Shown piece by piece: positions 23,226-37,704 of a stretch of DNA of 64,000 bases. The DNA comes from Callorhinchus milii. Taxonomy: Eukaryota. A program made the position numbers and the translations under genes. Position 1 is the stretch's first letter, and each line of letters opens with the position of its first letter. The stretch spans positions 38,628,001 to 38,692,000 of the forward strand of contig NW_024704743.1 of assembly GCF_018977255.1 (NCBI RefSeq). The letters run 5' to 3'. The notes below the pieces were generated by a model, which saw only the letters and a list, made by a program, of their open reading frames with translations, did not search any database and was not told the DNA's origin.

Positions 23226-26200
23226 AGTGAAAAGTTATCAGTGAAAAAATTGAGACATTAAATTTTCACTCACTATCATCCGTATCAAGCTGAATTTGAA
23301 CATGCCTTGTTTGCATTTGATCATCAAATTTCATCCGTGTATTTGAGATGTTACAGCTGTTACCATTCTCACAGGCAAATGGTGGGGTCTTATAGAGCAA
23401 TGATTCCTTTCAGACCTCAGGATGCTGTGAGTGTTTAGTAGTGAGGCTTGGTGGGAGCAGTGAAAAGGGATACTGCAGCATTATTGCTTGGGCTTGGGTT
23501 TTAGAGCCATAAATGGTAATACCACTGTTGGGACCTGTTGGGCAGCTAAAGTGCGGAATGAGGTTTTGATTTACAGCAAAAACATGGAAACAGCCTTTCA
23601 TGCAACAGTGTTAAGTCTACCAATCAAAACCAAATGTAATTAATAGCAAAGAAAATAAAGATTCTGGGAAGATTTGTATTATACATCTAAGTCTGAAACA
23701 TTTATTTAGTATTGTGTACAGCCCCTCACCCCCACCTCCCCCCTGCCATGACATCTTTCTGCTGTGTGTTTCTTTTTACGGTGGTAAATATTCAAAAAAA
23801 CTGGATTCAATTGAGATTCCTAAAATGAAATCTAGCCACATTCCATGGATCCCTCAGGCAGTTGTACAGAGGTGTGCAGTATCTGTTTATCTCAGATTTT
23901 CATGAGTACATTTGTTCTCAGGGCTAAACAATATGGGCAGTATCTTAAAGAATATACACAAATCTCATCCTATTCCTCAATTAACACCAGCTCTCCTTTA
24001 ATTAAAACATATCTGTACTCAGCTCACTGCTCTCGGACTCTGAACCTATGTGGCTTGTTCCTCCCTGTCAACTGGCCCCTTGTCGGTCGGTGGGGGGAGT
24101 GCACATACTGGAAGTGTATGGAATTTTAACTTGGGATAAGGGAATTCCTAGGTTAGACTCTTTATATGGAGTCACAGCCGAGTTTCCAATGTTTTCTTAC
24201 TGAAAAGCAGCCAGCTGACGAGGAAGAGCAGCCATGTGGGATCAAACGCTGAGAGCAACATATCGAGTGCAGGTAAGTCTTGATTAAGCAATGGTTTGAT
24301 TTAAGGAATAACCTATTTCTTGCGTTAGGTGAGAGACCCCATTTTTAATCCTCACAATTTACACAAGATTACAAGAAAGATTTAGGTGACGAATGCGCTT
24401 TGGCTTATTTGATCTCATCCTTTGCAGAATCCCTACCTTACTACCCTTCCATCACACCATCAAGCTATTTCTTAAATGAGTCAAGGGTCCTGGCCTCCAC
24501 CACCTTCCTGGAAATCCACAGAATTACAAGATCCCCTCACTCTATCCTGATAATAATAACGGTAACATCTAGCCATTAGGATCTTCAGAAGTGCTCCTGC
24601 AAGTCATGCAAGGCATGCAGTTGTGCGTAATATGGACGGTTTTGCTAATCTACATTAAATTACTTTGAATGTTTTGCTTGAATGATTAGGACTTTGGCTT
24701 TGTAAGGTCTGATTTGGGATCCTGCAATTTTACCACTGTGCCAATCTGAAATTAAAGAGCTTTCCCTGGTCTGGCAAGTACACACAGTCAGTGAGTAGAT
24801 ATAGTCCAATTAGAATTAACCAAAATCCTTAGGTGGTAAAGTGTTCAACAAGGATAGGAAGAATGGAAAATAAATTATTTTAGTGAAGTACAATTATTAC
24901 TGTAGATGAGACGGCTCTAATTACATGATTTCACTGATGTTGAAGATCATGAGAAGGCGTAGAAGAAGAAAAAGCCTTCAGCTCTTCAACCTTTCACAGG
25001 CCATTAATGGTCCACTGCATTAGGGACTCCACACAATCTATTCAACCTCCCGAGGAGAGGAACAGTTCTATTGGCAACCCCAAAGGTGTCCAATTTTACA
25101 CCATATGCTATACAGCATAGCCTTTCTCAGGATGCCATTTTCATGACCCCAGCATCATACCCTACATGGAATGTGAGTGTCTCTATGTACTTATTCTTTG
25201 AGTCTTCATTTCTATTCTTTATTAAATGTACATCCAGCTGTTGTTCTAACAATTATCCACACACTATTAAATAGGAATCTATTTCACATTAGTTGGGATT
25301 ATGTGAGGGTAAAATAAGACATTCTAATCTGAAATTTTGCTTGAGGTTTGCTAATTTTATTATTAATCTTCTCCAGCTCTGTGTTCATGGTCTAGGTTGA
25401 ATAATCTGCTTCAATAAACTGTCCAATGCCCACAGATTTATAAATACCATGATTATATCTCTGTTTAATCTTCTTTATTTTAAATACATGAGTAAGGACA
25501 TCTGCTATTTGGATATTAATCACAGTCCTTAATATAGTGAGAGAGTGCTAATAGAGCAGTACCATGGCATGTTTAAAGAACATGGATAATAAATACTGTA
25601 GGTTGTGAACACCTCAGCTCATACACTGCACATCCTATCACTTTAGTAAACGTTTAGAATAGTGATTCATCCTCATAACTCCATTGATCAGACTTGCCCT
25701 GGTACGCTTTCCAGAAAATATTCTCTTCCCCACCCCAACACAGTAGGAGATAAACCATTAAATCATGTGTAATATTGGATTGTTTCAGTCTCAGTGGTTT
25801 AAATCAAGATGGGATAAATCCTGTATTGGTAATTTGTATTTAGGTAAGAACTCCAAATGTGGTCACATTATAGGTGGTAGATTCTAAAATGCCAGTCACA
25901 TCAAAATTCCCAAAGGATTTGTAACTGGCTATGTATCGTGTCGATACACAGAAGTTCCGCTTCAGTGCACCAGGAATCAGATTGCATTTGGAATAAAGCT
26001 CTAGTAGATCACCATGAACGTGTGAATTGTTCTTAAATTCTGTTGCAAATTTGGAATTTAAACCCCTCAGACAAAACTCAACAGTATTGTTTTAAGGTTT
26101 TGAACCACAATTAACATTATGTAGACTTCAGTTCCTGTGAAAGGCACACTTGTGTTTTTGTGCGAAAGAACGTAAAATCAGGATGATTCCTGCAGTTATC

Positions 26201-27154
26201 CCGTCCTGATGCAGTGTCCAGGATTGTGTATTTGACTCTCAGCAGTTACATTGCTGTTGTTATTGACAACCAACAGCACATTTTCAGATCTCACAACAAA
26301 ATACCCAATTTTGTGATATTGACAGCATTTTGCTGCATTTGTGGCATTGGTGTAGTGCTCACCAGTGAATCCAAACATTGCAATAGAACTCGATTAACTC
26401 AACTTTCATATAGTTGAATGTCTAAAAGTGCTTCACAAAGATAGACCATGTGTTGAACTGGGTGGGGGAAGGCAGGAGGTGTCTGGAGACCTAATCAACG
26501 AGGCAGGACGTACAATACAAAAGAGACAAAATATGTAATAAAAGCAAAATGAGAGTAAAGCAAACCAGTAACTCATAATATCCAGCTCAGTTTATTCTGA
26601 CATGTTGCTTTGACAGAGGTGACAGACGTGGAAGGTTGTTTTTACAGACTTTCAGCAAATTCCCATGTGGATCATTTATCTAGACAGTTCCTTGACAGGT
26701 GTACCTTGTGGTATCTCTTAACATTTCCTTCGTGTGATTAATGTTGTTTCTGCCGGTTGCTATGGGAAAGATCAGGCCTCCTGTTGCCTACCTGAACATA
26801 GGGAAATTATCATAAGTAATTTGATACACTGAGTGTCTGCTTTGTGAGATTCTACAAGCTTTTTAGCACCATTTTGCAAATTAAAGTTGACTGGTGTTTT
26901 ACGAGCAAAACATCAGGTCAAAACAGCTTACTTTGAAACTTAAGAATAATTTCCACATGCTGTACACAGGAAACGCCTAGTCCAGGACAAACAGTGTCCA
27001 TAACATTTGAAGTGGGTTAAGAATTTCACCACTGTGTTATGAACAGGATAAAACAAATGTTAAGAGTGCGTCACCAGAGAATGGAGTTGAAAGAGTGGAA
27101 GAAGAGACCTAACTTTTTTCATGATGTTGAACTTTAAATCATCGTCTTAAAATT

Positions 27155-27270
27155 TTAGATCTGAAATTTTTTAATTCAGCCTTAACTTGGAAGGTGTTTT
27201 TCTTTAAAAATTGCACATTAATATTGAATCCAGATTAAGACTAAATTTAAGAATTTTTCAAATTGCTGCA
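27155..27270. repeat. Palindromic AT-rich MITE-like repeat
   Basis: aaattttttaattcagccttaacttgga...tccagattaagactaaatttaagaattt form inverted arms of the same family as 1077. Confidence 0.55.
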
Positions 27271-27859
27271 TGATCTTAAATTTTAAGAGCTGCTAGTCTT
27301 AAAGCAAAGGTCATAAGACACATTGATCCATTGATGCTTACCTATCTCCTATGTACATTTCGGCATAATTTTGCTGAAAGTTTATGCACCTGATTCATAT
27401 ACAGTATCACTTTGTAAAGTGGAATATTAATTGCTTGGAATATTTGGGAAGTTGGATAATTGGTGGGACGTTAATCGGTGGGAAATTTTGTGGTATATTT
27501 GCCAAGGAGTGGACCTGGTTGTGCTTGTTGTGGTACCCTATTCCCTTCCTTACATGTGTCCTTCCCAAGCCCATAGCATTAGACTTCCAGTTTGCAGTTT
27601 GTGGCTTTTCACTGCTGATAATAATAATAATAATCCTTGCATTTGATATAGCGCCTTATCACATCTTCGAGACGTCTCAAAGTGCTTTGAGGTGATTTGT
27701 GGGTTCCTGGCATTTTAGTGAACGTAAAACCTAACCCTAAGATGATATCCTGCTAACCAACAGTGAAAAGTAACTTTGAGTTGCTGGTTTAAAATTTATA
27801 CGTTATCATCACAATCCAAAACTCCTAAAGTTTTTTTTCAAAAGAATGAGTGTTTTTAA

Positions 27860-28105
27860 TGAAATGAGGCCCTGTCTGCCAGTTCAGGTGACATTAAAGG
27901 TCCCATGGCATTATTTGAGAAGAGAAGGGAGTTTCTCCTGGTTCTGGCCCCCCAAAATTAGTTACTCACGCCATGGTTGTTTGTGGGATATTGTTGTGCT
28001 CAAATTGGCTGCCGTTTTCACCAACAAAACAAACACAATCACTGCATTTACAGAATATTCTGTGAAGCGCTTTGGGACGTCCTCCTGATGTGTAAGAATT
28101 ATTAT
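27860..28105 (+). mobile_element. Deu-domain SINE, 3' part
   Basis: gaggccctgtctgccagttcaggtgacattaaaggtcccatggcattattt...gtgaagcgctttgggacgtcctcctgatgtg. Confidence 0.8.
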
Positions 28106-29989
28106 TAAGACTTAAAGTCTATTGTTAGTAATTGGCAGGAGATGGCAGTTACTGGTGACTTCACCTGATTGAAATCAAATGTGCATTGTTCCACTGCTGC
28201 AACATAGTGAAAATGTCAAGTATTGGCCACTCAGATATCCAAAGGTAATAAAACCACTGGTGTCAAGCTTCCTCCCAATAGATGCCATCGTAATCATGAT
28301 ATATCCCTTTACCCGAAAAGGATATGTCTGTACTTCCAGAAGAATTTAAAATTAAAAAATTGCTTAGGATAAAATTCCAGCATTAAATATTCATTTTTTA
28401 AACAAATAAAATAATGAACTACACCCCACAAATTGATCATAAATGTACTTTGAGATTCCAACTCTGGATGTATGTGAATTTAAGTGTTGAACCACTGGCC
28501 TACGGAAACAAATTGTGCTAGTAAGAGGTTGTTAATAAGTGTTTTGAAGTTCTTGTTCACAACATTGGTTGTGGTCACCAATGATTGTGTGATTGGCTGT
28601 TTCTTCAATGGGACCAGGAGATGTCAACAGTTGATTTTTGGGCTGATGTACGATTTGACTGGAGATGAACAGATGCCTGATTCAGAACACGTTTCAATGA
28701 CCTGAATATTCCAGAGAATATTAGGATCAAATTGTCCTCTTTCATTGGTTGCTAACTATCTCATCCCAGTCTCTAAGTTGTATTGTGTGCCTACAAAAAC
28801 AGTTAATACAATCATGTCTTCTAGATGTCTCAAAGAACTTCACAGGGTATACTGTAATGTGAATTGACTGTAATTTTGTGGGCGAAACGCGGAGGCCAAT
28901 TGCGCACAGCAGTGCCCCACAAACAGTCGTGGATTGAGTGACCAAATTGTTAGTTTATTTACTTACTAATCATTAATATAGTTATTTACAATCACTAATT
29001 TATTTACAATCACTAATATAGTTATCAGTAATCAATCATGATGAGTTTTGAGCTATTTTCAAGGTAATAAGGCCCTATAAAAATGCAAGCTCTCTCTTTC
29101 ATGCTCTTTCTTCCTCCTTTTTTAAGTATGCTTTGAAATCTTCCAGAGTTGCATGATATAATTGACCCAGAGTGAAAGGCAATATTGTACCTGTTAAAGC
29201 GGCTTCTTCAGCAGGAATTTCTAGTAGTCAAGGCAGAAATAGTTGCTTCAATGTTCCTTTGAATCACTCTGACTCATTGGGAAACTACAAAGACATGACA
29301 CTTAAGTACTTATCCCTAGCCTGAGCAGACAGAGAGATCAGAATACCGTTCTTCAATGATTGTTTGACTCGTTTAGGTTAACCTCAAACTAGACCTTTAA
29401 ATCTGAATGGCCACATATTCACAAGGGGATAAGTTCAGAGAGAAACCATAAATGCTGTTTAGAGGCAAGCTATCAGCTCACACCAATCTTCATGATTCAA
29501 GTGTTCTCACAAAACTTTACTGTATTCAGGGGTGTTTTAGCTGGCTGTCAATAATTTCTGTCTATCACAAACTGATCTCTTGTGTAAGCACGATACTTTA
29601 TCAGTAACACACCAAACTGCTTTTAGGGTAAATATTCCTAGTATCTTTCTTTGTTGACACCCTCTTCAATAAGTGTTTTCAGATTTGTTTGTTTTTGCAA
29701 ATCAACAGCAAATGCAAACTCCAGGTGGCTTTAATTTGTTCCCCAACACTCACTCACTGAGGGGTATTCTCAGGGGTCTGGCTTTGGTGATTAACAATGT
29801 TATCTGAAGGTTGCCAATGGCACATTTTTAATAAGGCAAAATGTGGATTTTCCAGGGTCTATGATTCTGGATGAATTTGAGAGTACATAGAACATAGGAA
29901 AATACTAACCTTTCAATCCTGTTCCGTCACTAAGTTGATTGTGACTCTCTAATTTCATTAGATGCATCCTACATCCCATATTGAGGAGA

Positions 29990-30128
29990 TCCACTATCCA
30001 TAGCATAACTCGAATATGTCTAATCTGTATAAATCATATTCTATGCAAGTTTGACATAATTCATACTTTGTATAAGTCATATTAAATGTATGGTCCTAAC
30101 TAATACGACTCATATGAGGTTTACTGTA
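29990..30128. mobile_element. Tigger/pogo-like non-autonomous DNA transposon remnant
   Basis: Ends in gaggtttactgTA. The internal tatgcaagtttgaca...aagtcatattaa.tgtatg.tcc is shared with 39860-39990. Confidence 0.45.
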
Positions 30129-30204
30129 CCATGATCAGACAACAGAATGTTTCTTCTACTAACTTATAATAATAATAATAATAATAATGTACACCTTCTG
30201 TAAC

Positions 30205-30430
30205 TCTCCTGATGGTAACGCAGTATACCAGGTGGACTAGGCCTTACCGACCTGAAGTTTGTGGGTATGTGCTGATTTATGTGCTCTAATTCAGGGTGGC
30301 GGTTTGGACACGGCATCTGAGCTCAACTGTCCTTGAGCTGGACAAGGTAAAAGCTGGAAAAGGTAACTGGATATTCCCTATGAATGCTCACTATCATGTG
30401 AAACTTGATGATCAGTACATGTGTATGACA
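30205..30430 (+). mobile_element. AmnSINE2-like SINE, decayed
   Basis: ctcctgatggtaacgcagtataccaggtgg...gtatgtgctgatttatgtgctct...aaggtaaaagctgg has the same motif order as the 7390 copy. Confidence 0.4.
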
Positions 30431-30935
30431 TTTTAATAGTAATAATCCTTGATTAGATGTAACACCTTTCACATCGTGAGGACGTCTCAAAGCGTTTCAC
30501 TGGCTTTACTGTGTAAATGTAGTCACTGTATTTTGTAGGAGATCAAGTCAGCCAATATGTGCACATTAATATCCCACAAACAGATATGAATCAAATGACC
30601 AATTATATCGTGGGATTGTTGGCAGGACATCGGGAGATGATGTCTGCATGCTGTTTGCCTGACAGACAAATTGGCTTTAGCATCCCTCGTGCTGGGAAAG
30701 AGAGAGAAAAATAAGACACTCCTGAATGTTAATCAAAGACGTTAGATGGAAAGTACATCATATGCATGTCACAGTTTGTCTGATCATATGGTTACTGTGA
30801 GAAGTTTCCAATGAATCAATGAACCATTGATAGACTCCCTTCTCATTAGATGAAGACAGGATGAATCTTTACTAGGATGCTCCCGATTGTCTAACGCTGA
30901 TTGCTAAAAAAGGATTTTTTTGGGTTTATAATGGG

Positions 30936-31490
30936 AAACAACAAAAACAACTTGCATTTATATAGTGCCCTTCACGCAGGGTAGCATCCCAGAGCGCTTG
31001 ACATTGGTGGAGAATGATGCTGAGCTGGGGGGAGGGGGGGGGATGGTGACCGTAGGAACGGTTGAAGAGGAAGGTCTTCATAAGCAACCTGAAGATGGGG
31101 AAGGAGGGATGCAGGAAGAATGTTCGAGAGTTTCGGGGCATAGTGGTTGAAAGAGTGGCCGCCAATGGTAGAACAGAGGGCACACGAGACATGCAGAAGG
31201 CCGGAGCCAGTTGAGCGGAGGCAGCGGGTTGTGGGCTGGGGAGTAAGCAGGTCAGAAAGTTAGAGAGGGCATGAAGGGATTTGAAAATGAGTGTGAGGAT
31301 CTTGAAATCGATCCATTCGGTGATAGCGAGCCAGCGGAGCCTGGCTAGAACTGGTGTGATGGGGTACAGAGTTTAGTGAGGGTAAGTACATGAGTAGCGG
31401 AGTTTTGGATCAGCTGAATCCTGTGTACGGTGGAGCTGGTGAGACGGGGGAAGAGGGCATTTGAAAGTCAAGTTGGGAGGTGACGAAACC
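30936..31490 (-). mobile_element. L2 3' fragment
   Basis: Tail aacaacaaaaacaacttgcatttatatagtgccc. gaggatcttgaaatcgat...gagccagcggagcctggctagaactggtgtgat encodes ITPVLARLRWL on the minus strand. Confidence 0.85.
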
Positions 31491-32477
31491 CCCAGATGAA
31501 ATCCCCAATGGGACAAACAAAGGCAAACTAACTTTCAGCAGGAAGCGTAGCAGAATGAAAATCTCTGCAATGAAATCTGTTTCCCATTATAGGCTTACAC
31601 TGGCAAAATTTTACAGGCCAGCATAGAACAACATCCACTAACCTTGTATCATTAGTGCTGCACCATGGTTTTGTTCATGATAAAACCTGTATTTGCAATG
31701 GCGCTTTATCGTTTTTGTGGACTTATTTAATGGAATCATTGGCTATTTCATGGTTGAATATTTAGTTTCGGTGATAGAGAGTAACCCACTACCATAGGAG
31801 GTCAAAACTGTGGGATTTTTAAATGGGATTTCTGAATAAGGAATACAAGCCCTGCAAATGGGGACGGTATCTATTAACCAGAAGTACATCATACCAACCC
31901 CATAGGGTGATATCAGTGACTGCCATTATCTAAGTGAAACCCTGCAACAATTTACATTTATATAGTGGCTTTCACATTGGGAGGGCATCTCAAGGAGTTC
32001 ACACGGCTGACTGGGGACCTGAACAGTGAGTGGGGAGCTGGGGTGAGGGGAGGTGGCTACCACCATATCAGATAGTCTTATCATATGGTAACTGTGAGAG
32101 GTCTCCAATGAACCAATCATAAAAATAGCTCCTACTGCAAGTAATATTAGTTCAGAAGATGCTTGGATATTTGACATATCTCCTGCCTCCTCAATTTCTC
32201 CCTTGCTGGTGTGATATTCCACAGGTGATGCCTGTCCTCCTGTACCTCACCCAAATCCTACTTTTCATGTGTGAGACATTTTGTCTTTAGAGTGGGATTT
32301 CCTGTAGGATTGTTAGCATTAAAAATCAGGTTTTGATAGATGTCACTGAATGTTCCCAGACTAAATCCTGTGAGGCATATCACAGCAGAGTGCAATCCTC
32401 TTTGTACTCATGTTCACACGTGTCTACTTTTCTGCTAATGTCTTTGGTTAACATTCGGAAGCGAGGCCCATGTATTA

Positions 32478-32620
32478 TTTTTTCCCTCCTTTCTAGCCCA
32501 AGGGGTGCTAAAGCTAATTGTAGCATTGCAATCGCTGCTCCAGATGAGAACAACTAACAACACGCAGATTGGGATTCAAACCTTTTGGTCTGGATGCTAC
32601 TTCTTACGATTAAATCAGAC
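32478..32620 (-). mobile_element. AmnSINE2-like fragment
   Basis: tttttccctcctttctagcccaaggggtgctaaagctaattgtagc...gagaacaactaac is the reverse complement of the AmnSINE2-like core. Confidence 0.55.
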
Positions 32621-33424
32621 TTGTACCTAGGTGGTCTGAGCTCAACTTGTTTTGTCTTCCTGGATTTGTACAGCACCAGGCAGCGTAATTGTAGGATGAG
32701 ACTATTGTGCACTGACTAGTCTTTGGAGTAGGAGAGGGCTCTTGGGAACCAGCAGGACCTAACACAAAGGAACTCTATGGAATGAGAAAATATCGTAACT
32801 AGAAGAAAACACGGAGATTTAGTTCAGGATAGTTTTGATATTAAACCCACGCAAACCTCATCAAAAGGGTCACTGCTTCTTCAAAAAACAAATAGTAGCA
32901 GCAAATGAATGATATCAGCAATTTACAGTCTGTAAAGTCACAGGCAGAGTTCAGCCATACGGTCCGCAGCTGTGATAATACTGAAGCACTGACTAGAGCA
33001 ATATTATCATTTGTTGGGCCCAGCAATAGGCTAAAGCCTCTTGGGGACATTGCAAGGACAATTGCGTGGTTGTGTCAAAAAGTTTTTGTAAATTTGGATT
33101 GCTTGCAGTGCTGATTTGGATTACCCAGATAGATCTATCTCTCCCAATCAAGGTTCCTGTGATGGATAACCATTTGGCCTTTTGTGCCAGAATTTGTTTT
33201 TATGTCATGGTCCCAGACATTACACAAAGCATGCCAATTGGCCGGCTAATTTTCAAGCATGTCTGCTCATGAAACAATTGTCAGCCAGTCTTAAGTGGAA
33301 CAGGATGTGGACCCTGATATCAGATTTGTACACAACACTGTGTTATGTCCAAACTGTTGACAAATAGAGCAATTATTTGACTATGCAATTGTCTACTGAT
33401 TACATTTCTAATTACTTAGATAAA

Positions 33425-33858
33425 TAATATTAATATTCCTTACATTTAATTTAGTGCCTTTTAAGATGGGAAGACATCCCGAAACACTTCATAGAATATA
33501 ATGTAAACTGATTGTTTTTCTTATTGTGGCAGCTAGTTTTGTGCACAGTAATATTCAACAAACAGCCATGAAGTGAATGACCAATTTTATTTTAGGTGAT
33601 TGTTGGCCAGGCCCGCAGAAAAGAGAAACTCCTTTCACTTTTCAAATGGTACTATGCAATCTTTAACGTTGACCATAACGGGTAGACATGACCTTAGTTT
33701 AATGCCTCAACGATGGCACCTCCAATAATTAACATCCCCCCAGTACTGCCTGGGAATGTCAGCAATTACTATTTTAGTTCCAAGTCTCAACATGGGGCTT
33801 GAACCCACAACCTTCTGACTTTGTGGCAAGAGTGCTACCAACTGAGCTAAGCTGACAC
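33425..33858 (-). mobile_element. Full-length tRNA/Deu-domain SINE
   Basis: Tail at 33425, Deu core, and head gggcttgaacccacaaccttctgactttgtggcaagagtgctaccaactgagctaagctgacac. Confidence 0.85.
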
Positions 33859-36800
33859 TGTAACATACTTGTATAATGGACTATCAGTATTGGCTTGGAC
33901 AGTTACTAAAGAGAAGTTACTAAAGTGCAATGCCCTGGTCAACAATCCTCCAGATATAATTGGTCAATCACTTCATATCTGGGACATGTGTGCAAATTTT
34001 TGTGGTGTTCACCTACAAATACACAATTGCTACACTTTACAGCAAAGAATATGAAGAGCTTTGAGATATTTCGATGATGTGCTATACTGAGTACAAGGAT
34101 TATTATTATTATTATCATCAATTGATCTAGTAAGATTCTTACACTGTGATGATCAGATCCATTATTGTTGAATTACTTTAATCCTTACTCAAGAAGAATG
34201 AAGATACAAAGAAAATTCGGGTCAAAATTGTGGTATTCCTAAACCCTTTAATTATTTAAAATACATCCGTCCCTCCATCAATTGAATAGTATTAGTGCCC
34301 ACTTTTGGCTGAAAAGCTTGGGTGCTGTTATCTTGGATTCATTGCGATTCCAAATTCAGGGGCTGCTGAATTAACTCAAGAGATACCCAGACCCGACTCT
34401 GGGGAGTTCACAATTTACTGCACAATTTACTTACAATACTGGTGGCAGCCGGGAAGCTTTGAGCAGTTTTGAGCTAAACTACTACACTAATAATAAAAAT
34501 CCTTGCACTTGATACAGTGCCTAATCACATCGTTGAGACATCTCAAAGCACTTCACAGAATATATTGTAAAGTTGATTGACTGTGTATTTTGTGGACGAA
34601 ACTACTGGACTGACAAAAAAATATTTTAGACAATTATGGTCTCACGAGTTAAAACTGGTTGGAATTTGGGGCCTCTGATCTTTATCCAGTGACTCATGCA
34701 GAAAAAGTGTGCATGTGTGGATAGCTGCTTGTGAGGACCAGATCATATTCAGCTCCAGCACAGTAAAACAACCTGTTGATATGCACTGGGGTCTAGCAAT
34801 CGTTTCCTTGTATCTTTTAATGGGCAATTCCAATCTGAAATATTTAAACAATTTTGTATTTTTAGTGATCATCATATGGTCATACCATACCACACTCATT
34901 GGAAATGCAATTGCGTTTGTGTCATCATAATTATTCTGACGTTTGGGACTTTAGCGCCGAACCCTAGGGCTCTGAGACACTTAGGCCATCTCTCCCCCCA
35001 AAAGAGAGGAATCAGTATCTAAGACAGTATAACACTCACATCTTAAATCTTGCATTATTTTCACTGAGAATTGACAGCTGGATTTGTCCATGCTAAGTGG
35101 GAAAGGGTTAAGTATATACTGTATGCTATGAATGTCAAGTACAGTACTCTAACAATATTTTGGACGAGGATGAAACCGCTGTTATCAGATGTACATTATC
35201 TAGGTTTAATGGCCTGAGAGCAGTAAAAGCACTGTACAGTGTAGCTACTGATTGCAGGAAAGTCAATCCAGTTCACAGTATCAATGGAACTCATGTGTGT
35301 GCTTGAGGCAATTAGGACAGATGAACACAATGCATGTTTAGTTAATGGCCCATTGAGCTCCAAAGCAACATGATTACAAATTACTTCCTCTACTCTTAAC
35401 AGGGTGGTGGCTGCGAGGGGGATGGGGGACTATTGAAATAGTAGAACAATTTTTGGGCATTGAGCCTACTTACTTGAATGTATGCCATACATGCTCTATT
35501 TAAATCCTAGTAACTTAGCGTCATTTATATATGAAAGTGCAAAACAGTAAATAAACAGGAAAGTGTGCACTGGGTTGGCACAGGGTTGGAAAGCAGCATT
35601 TTTCTCTAACACTTTATGTTACGCCATGAACTGTGACAATAGTCTGCGTTGTTTAGGGCTCGCACATTAAAGAAGAAACCACATAAAACAAACTTTCTAT
35701 TACATGACTTGCAGGTAAATTCACAGGGATTTGTCTCAGTCAGTTCCTGCTAACCTTGCAAGGCAAAGCCCTATTGGTGGGTAGGGTGGTCCTCACTCAC
35801 AAGCAGCGGGAAGCTTGCCAGGCAGTGCTTTCAATGGAAGCTGCACAGTTTTAGCTGGTTAAACTACAACAGTGCCCTAACACAGACTCTGGGTCCCCAA
35901 GCCTTGGCTCTTGCCAGCTTATGCGTCATACTCTCCAAAATAAGTTAATCAGGGTGCATCCCTCTGGGGAGAGAGTGACATATTCCATTCCAGACCCACG
36001 GGAATTTCCTTGGATAAGTGGCATACTTATGTGGAGCTGTCAGTCTGGTTTATGTACTCTTAAACACAGTGATGGGTCTTCACGAGGGCCTGGCTGATCG
36101 AAAATGTATATTTAACTACAATGTTTTATTCTTGTGCTTCTTCACGGATGCCATGCATACAGCTGTAAGTTTTGAATGTATTATTCCTGAATCTCTATAA
36201 ATCTTATAAAAAAAGCAGAACAACAGTCAAATTGCTTGCATCTTAGAGATCATTGATTTGGATCATTTAAGCAAATTGATGACAGATTTGCACATTTGTT
36301 TAAGCTTGGGGCAGGTGACAGATATTCCTCTTGCTGTTACGTATAGCAGCTTTGGTGTTATGCGCTTACAGTGGTCTTCTCTCTTCATGTTCAGGTGAGG
36401 AATTTCTTGCCTGAAACATCAACTCACTGACTGGCATTTACTAGCTGTTAGAAAGCAGCCTGCGTGACCTGAGTTACATATTCAGTCAAAATAAGATTTT
36501 GTGCTTTGAACAAACTGACGCAAGCCTGTGAGAATTTACCAAACTGACAACTATGATTCCAGTACAGTGAGAACATATGGAGGCTATTTTGTCTACATCC
36601 ATGTTTTTTTTTAACTTGAAAAAAATGTGACGCCAGCTAACATTCTCAGTGTTAAACCTCTGGGGTCCATCATGTTGATTACTAACACTACTGATCTTAA
36701 CATTATGCACTTATAATGATAATAAAAAGATTGCTAATGTTAGCGATTGGTATGCGATAGAACCCAACATTTCTTAAAATGATGTATAGGCCAGTTATAC

Positions 36801-37502
36801 TACACAATTTGCACTGATTGAATGAGATTTTTGTTTCGAATCAACACAAATTTGCCAGTGCCAGACATAGATTTCTGTACAGGATGAAATCTAGGTTACT
36901 TTGCTTGAGTAGTTTAATTCATAACTAAAGTGCATTGTCCTTTTTTCCTGGCCTGTTTTGCAGAAATCAAAATCATATGACGTGACTCGGTGTGACGCAT
37001 GCCATGTTTTAATTCTGTGGATTTGGTTATTTCTTTATTTTGCTTTTTTTTTAGAAGTTTGGGCATTTTATTTTCACTCAATCTTCACTCTCTTTTTCCA
37101 TGACCTTAATCGAATCAGATACCATTGACTGTGGTTACAAGAGAGGACATTGAAAATCTTCTCACATTGCATGCAAATCTTTTCTGCTGCTCAGAAATAA
37201 GGAGTTCCAAGCCGTGCATTTCCTGAGTACTCAGCAAACCTCTTTCACAACCCAATCTCATTGTTGAAAAATAAAACTCTGCCTTTCCCTTTGACGACAT
37301 AAGTGCCTTAAACAGCAATGAAAAGACTCCAGAATATCAGTATTAGTGATGGTGGTATGGACTTTCCTTCACTAGTTTCTAAGTGAACCTCCAGGGTTGG
37401 CTGAATAACCTTTCACTTTATCTCCTGTGAACATAGATGGACATGATCAGATTCAATGATTTGAACACTATTGGGGAGAAATTCCACCTAGAATCATAGA
37501 AT

Positions 37503-37690
37503 ATTATAATAATAATGATAATCTTTGCATTTGATATAGCGCTTTTCACGTCTTCTAGACTCTCAAAGCGCTTCACAGAATATACTGTAAAGTGAATTGA
37601 CTGTATATTTGTGGACGAAACACGGCAGCCAATTGCGCTCAGCAGTGTCCCACAAACAGTTGTGGATCGAGTAACCAAATTATTATTGGT
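37503..37690 (-). mobile_element. Low-divergence 5'-truncated SINE (3' half of the composite family)
   Basis: Near-identical to the reverse complement of 18115-18293. Confidence 0.88.
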
Positions 37691-37704
37691 TTTTTTCTTG
37701 AGAT

